A stretch of 64,000 bases of DNA, taken from contig NC_043021.1 of assembly GCF_006345805.1 (NCBI RefSeq), positions 5,890,001 through 5,954,000 on the forward strand. Direction: 5' to 3'. Each line of letters begins with the position of its first letter. Position 1 is the first letter of the stretch. The stretch comes from Octopus sinensis. Its lineage: Eukaryota. This document shows positions 63,593 through 64,000 of the stretch, piece by piece. A program made the position numbers and the translations under genes. A model generated the notes under the pieces. The model was not told where the DNA came from. It saw only the letters and a program-made list of their open reading frames with translations, and searched no databases.

Positions 63593-64000
63593 CTATAGAG
63601 TGTTTAGCATTGGGAAGGGCAACCGGCTATAGAAACCAAGCCAGGACAGACTGGAACCTGGTACAGCTCTCTGGCTTACCAGCTCTAGTCAAACCATCTA
63701 ACCCATGCCAGCATGAAAAAACAGACTTTCAATGATGATGATGTATTCATCATCATCATCATCATCATTGTTTAGCGTCCGCTTTCCATGCTTGCATGGG
63801 TTGGACGGTTCAACTGGGGTCTGGGAAGCCAGAAGGCTGCACCAGACCCAGTTTGATCGGGCAATGTTTCTACAGTTCAATGCTCTTCCTAACGCCAACC
63901 ACTCCATGAGTGCAGTGGGTGCTTTTTACGTGCCAGACAAGTCTGGCAAACGGCCACGAATGGATGGTGCTTTTTACGTGCCACCGGCACGAGGCCAGTC

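Overview
AT-rich, repeat-dense eukaryotic DNA. The tRNA/CORE-type SINE families and the microsatellite load suggest a coleoid cephalopod, most likely Octopus (inferred). The window holds two complete six-exon genes for secreted S1A chymotrypsin-like serine proteases, arranged head-to-head: gene A on the minus strand (30397-20685, 255 aa) and gene B on the plus strand (42485-53545, 260 aa). Both were assembled by hand from GT-AG splice sites and have identical intron phases. Each gene has a convergently oriented tRNA-Val gene downstream (CAC at 7431 +, TAC at 57921 -), giving a mirror-symmetric tRNA-protease|protease-tRNA layout. The rest is mobile DNA: several SINE families; fragments of R4/Dong, CR1-like, RTE, L1/Tx1 and Penelope-like retroelements; a decayed DD37D (maT) Tc1/mariner element; non-autonomous Helitrons, including a head-to-tail dimer; and Mutator-, hAT-, piggyBac- and mariner-type MITEs. 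The most unexpected signal is four unrelated, mostly (TA)n-flanked short repeats that each fold into a type I hammerhead ribozyme with a minimal or palindromic stem III. Two have very long stem II extensions and three have variant catalytic cores. Most ORFs in the supplied track are microsatellite or SINE artefacts. Repeat boundaries are approximate unless TSDs are quoted.
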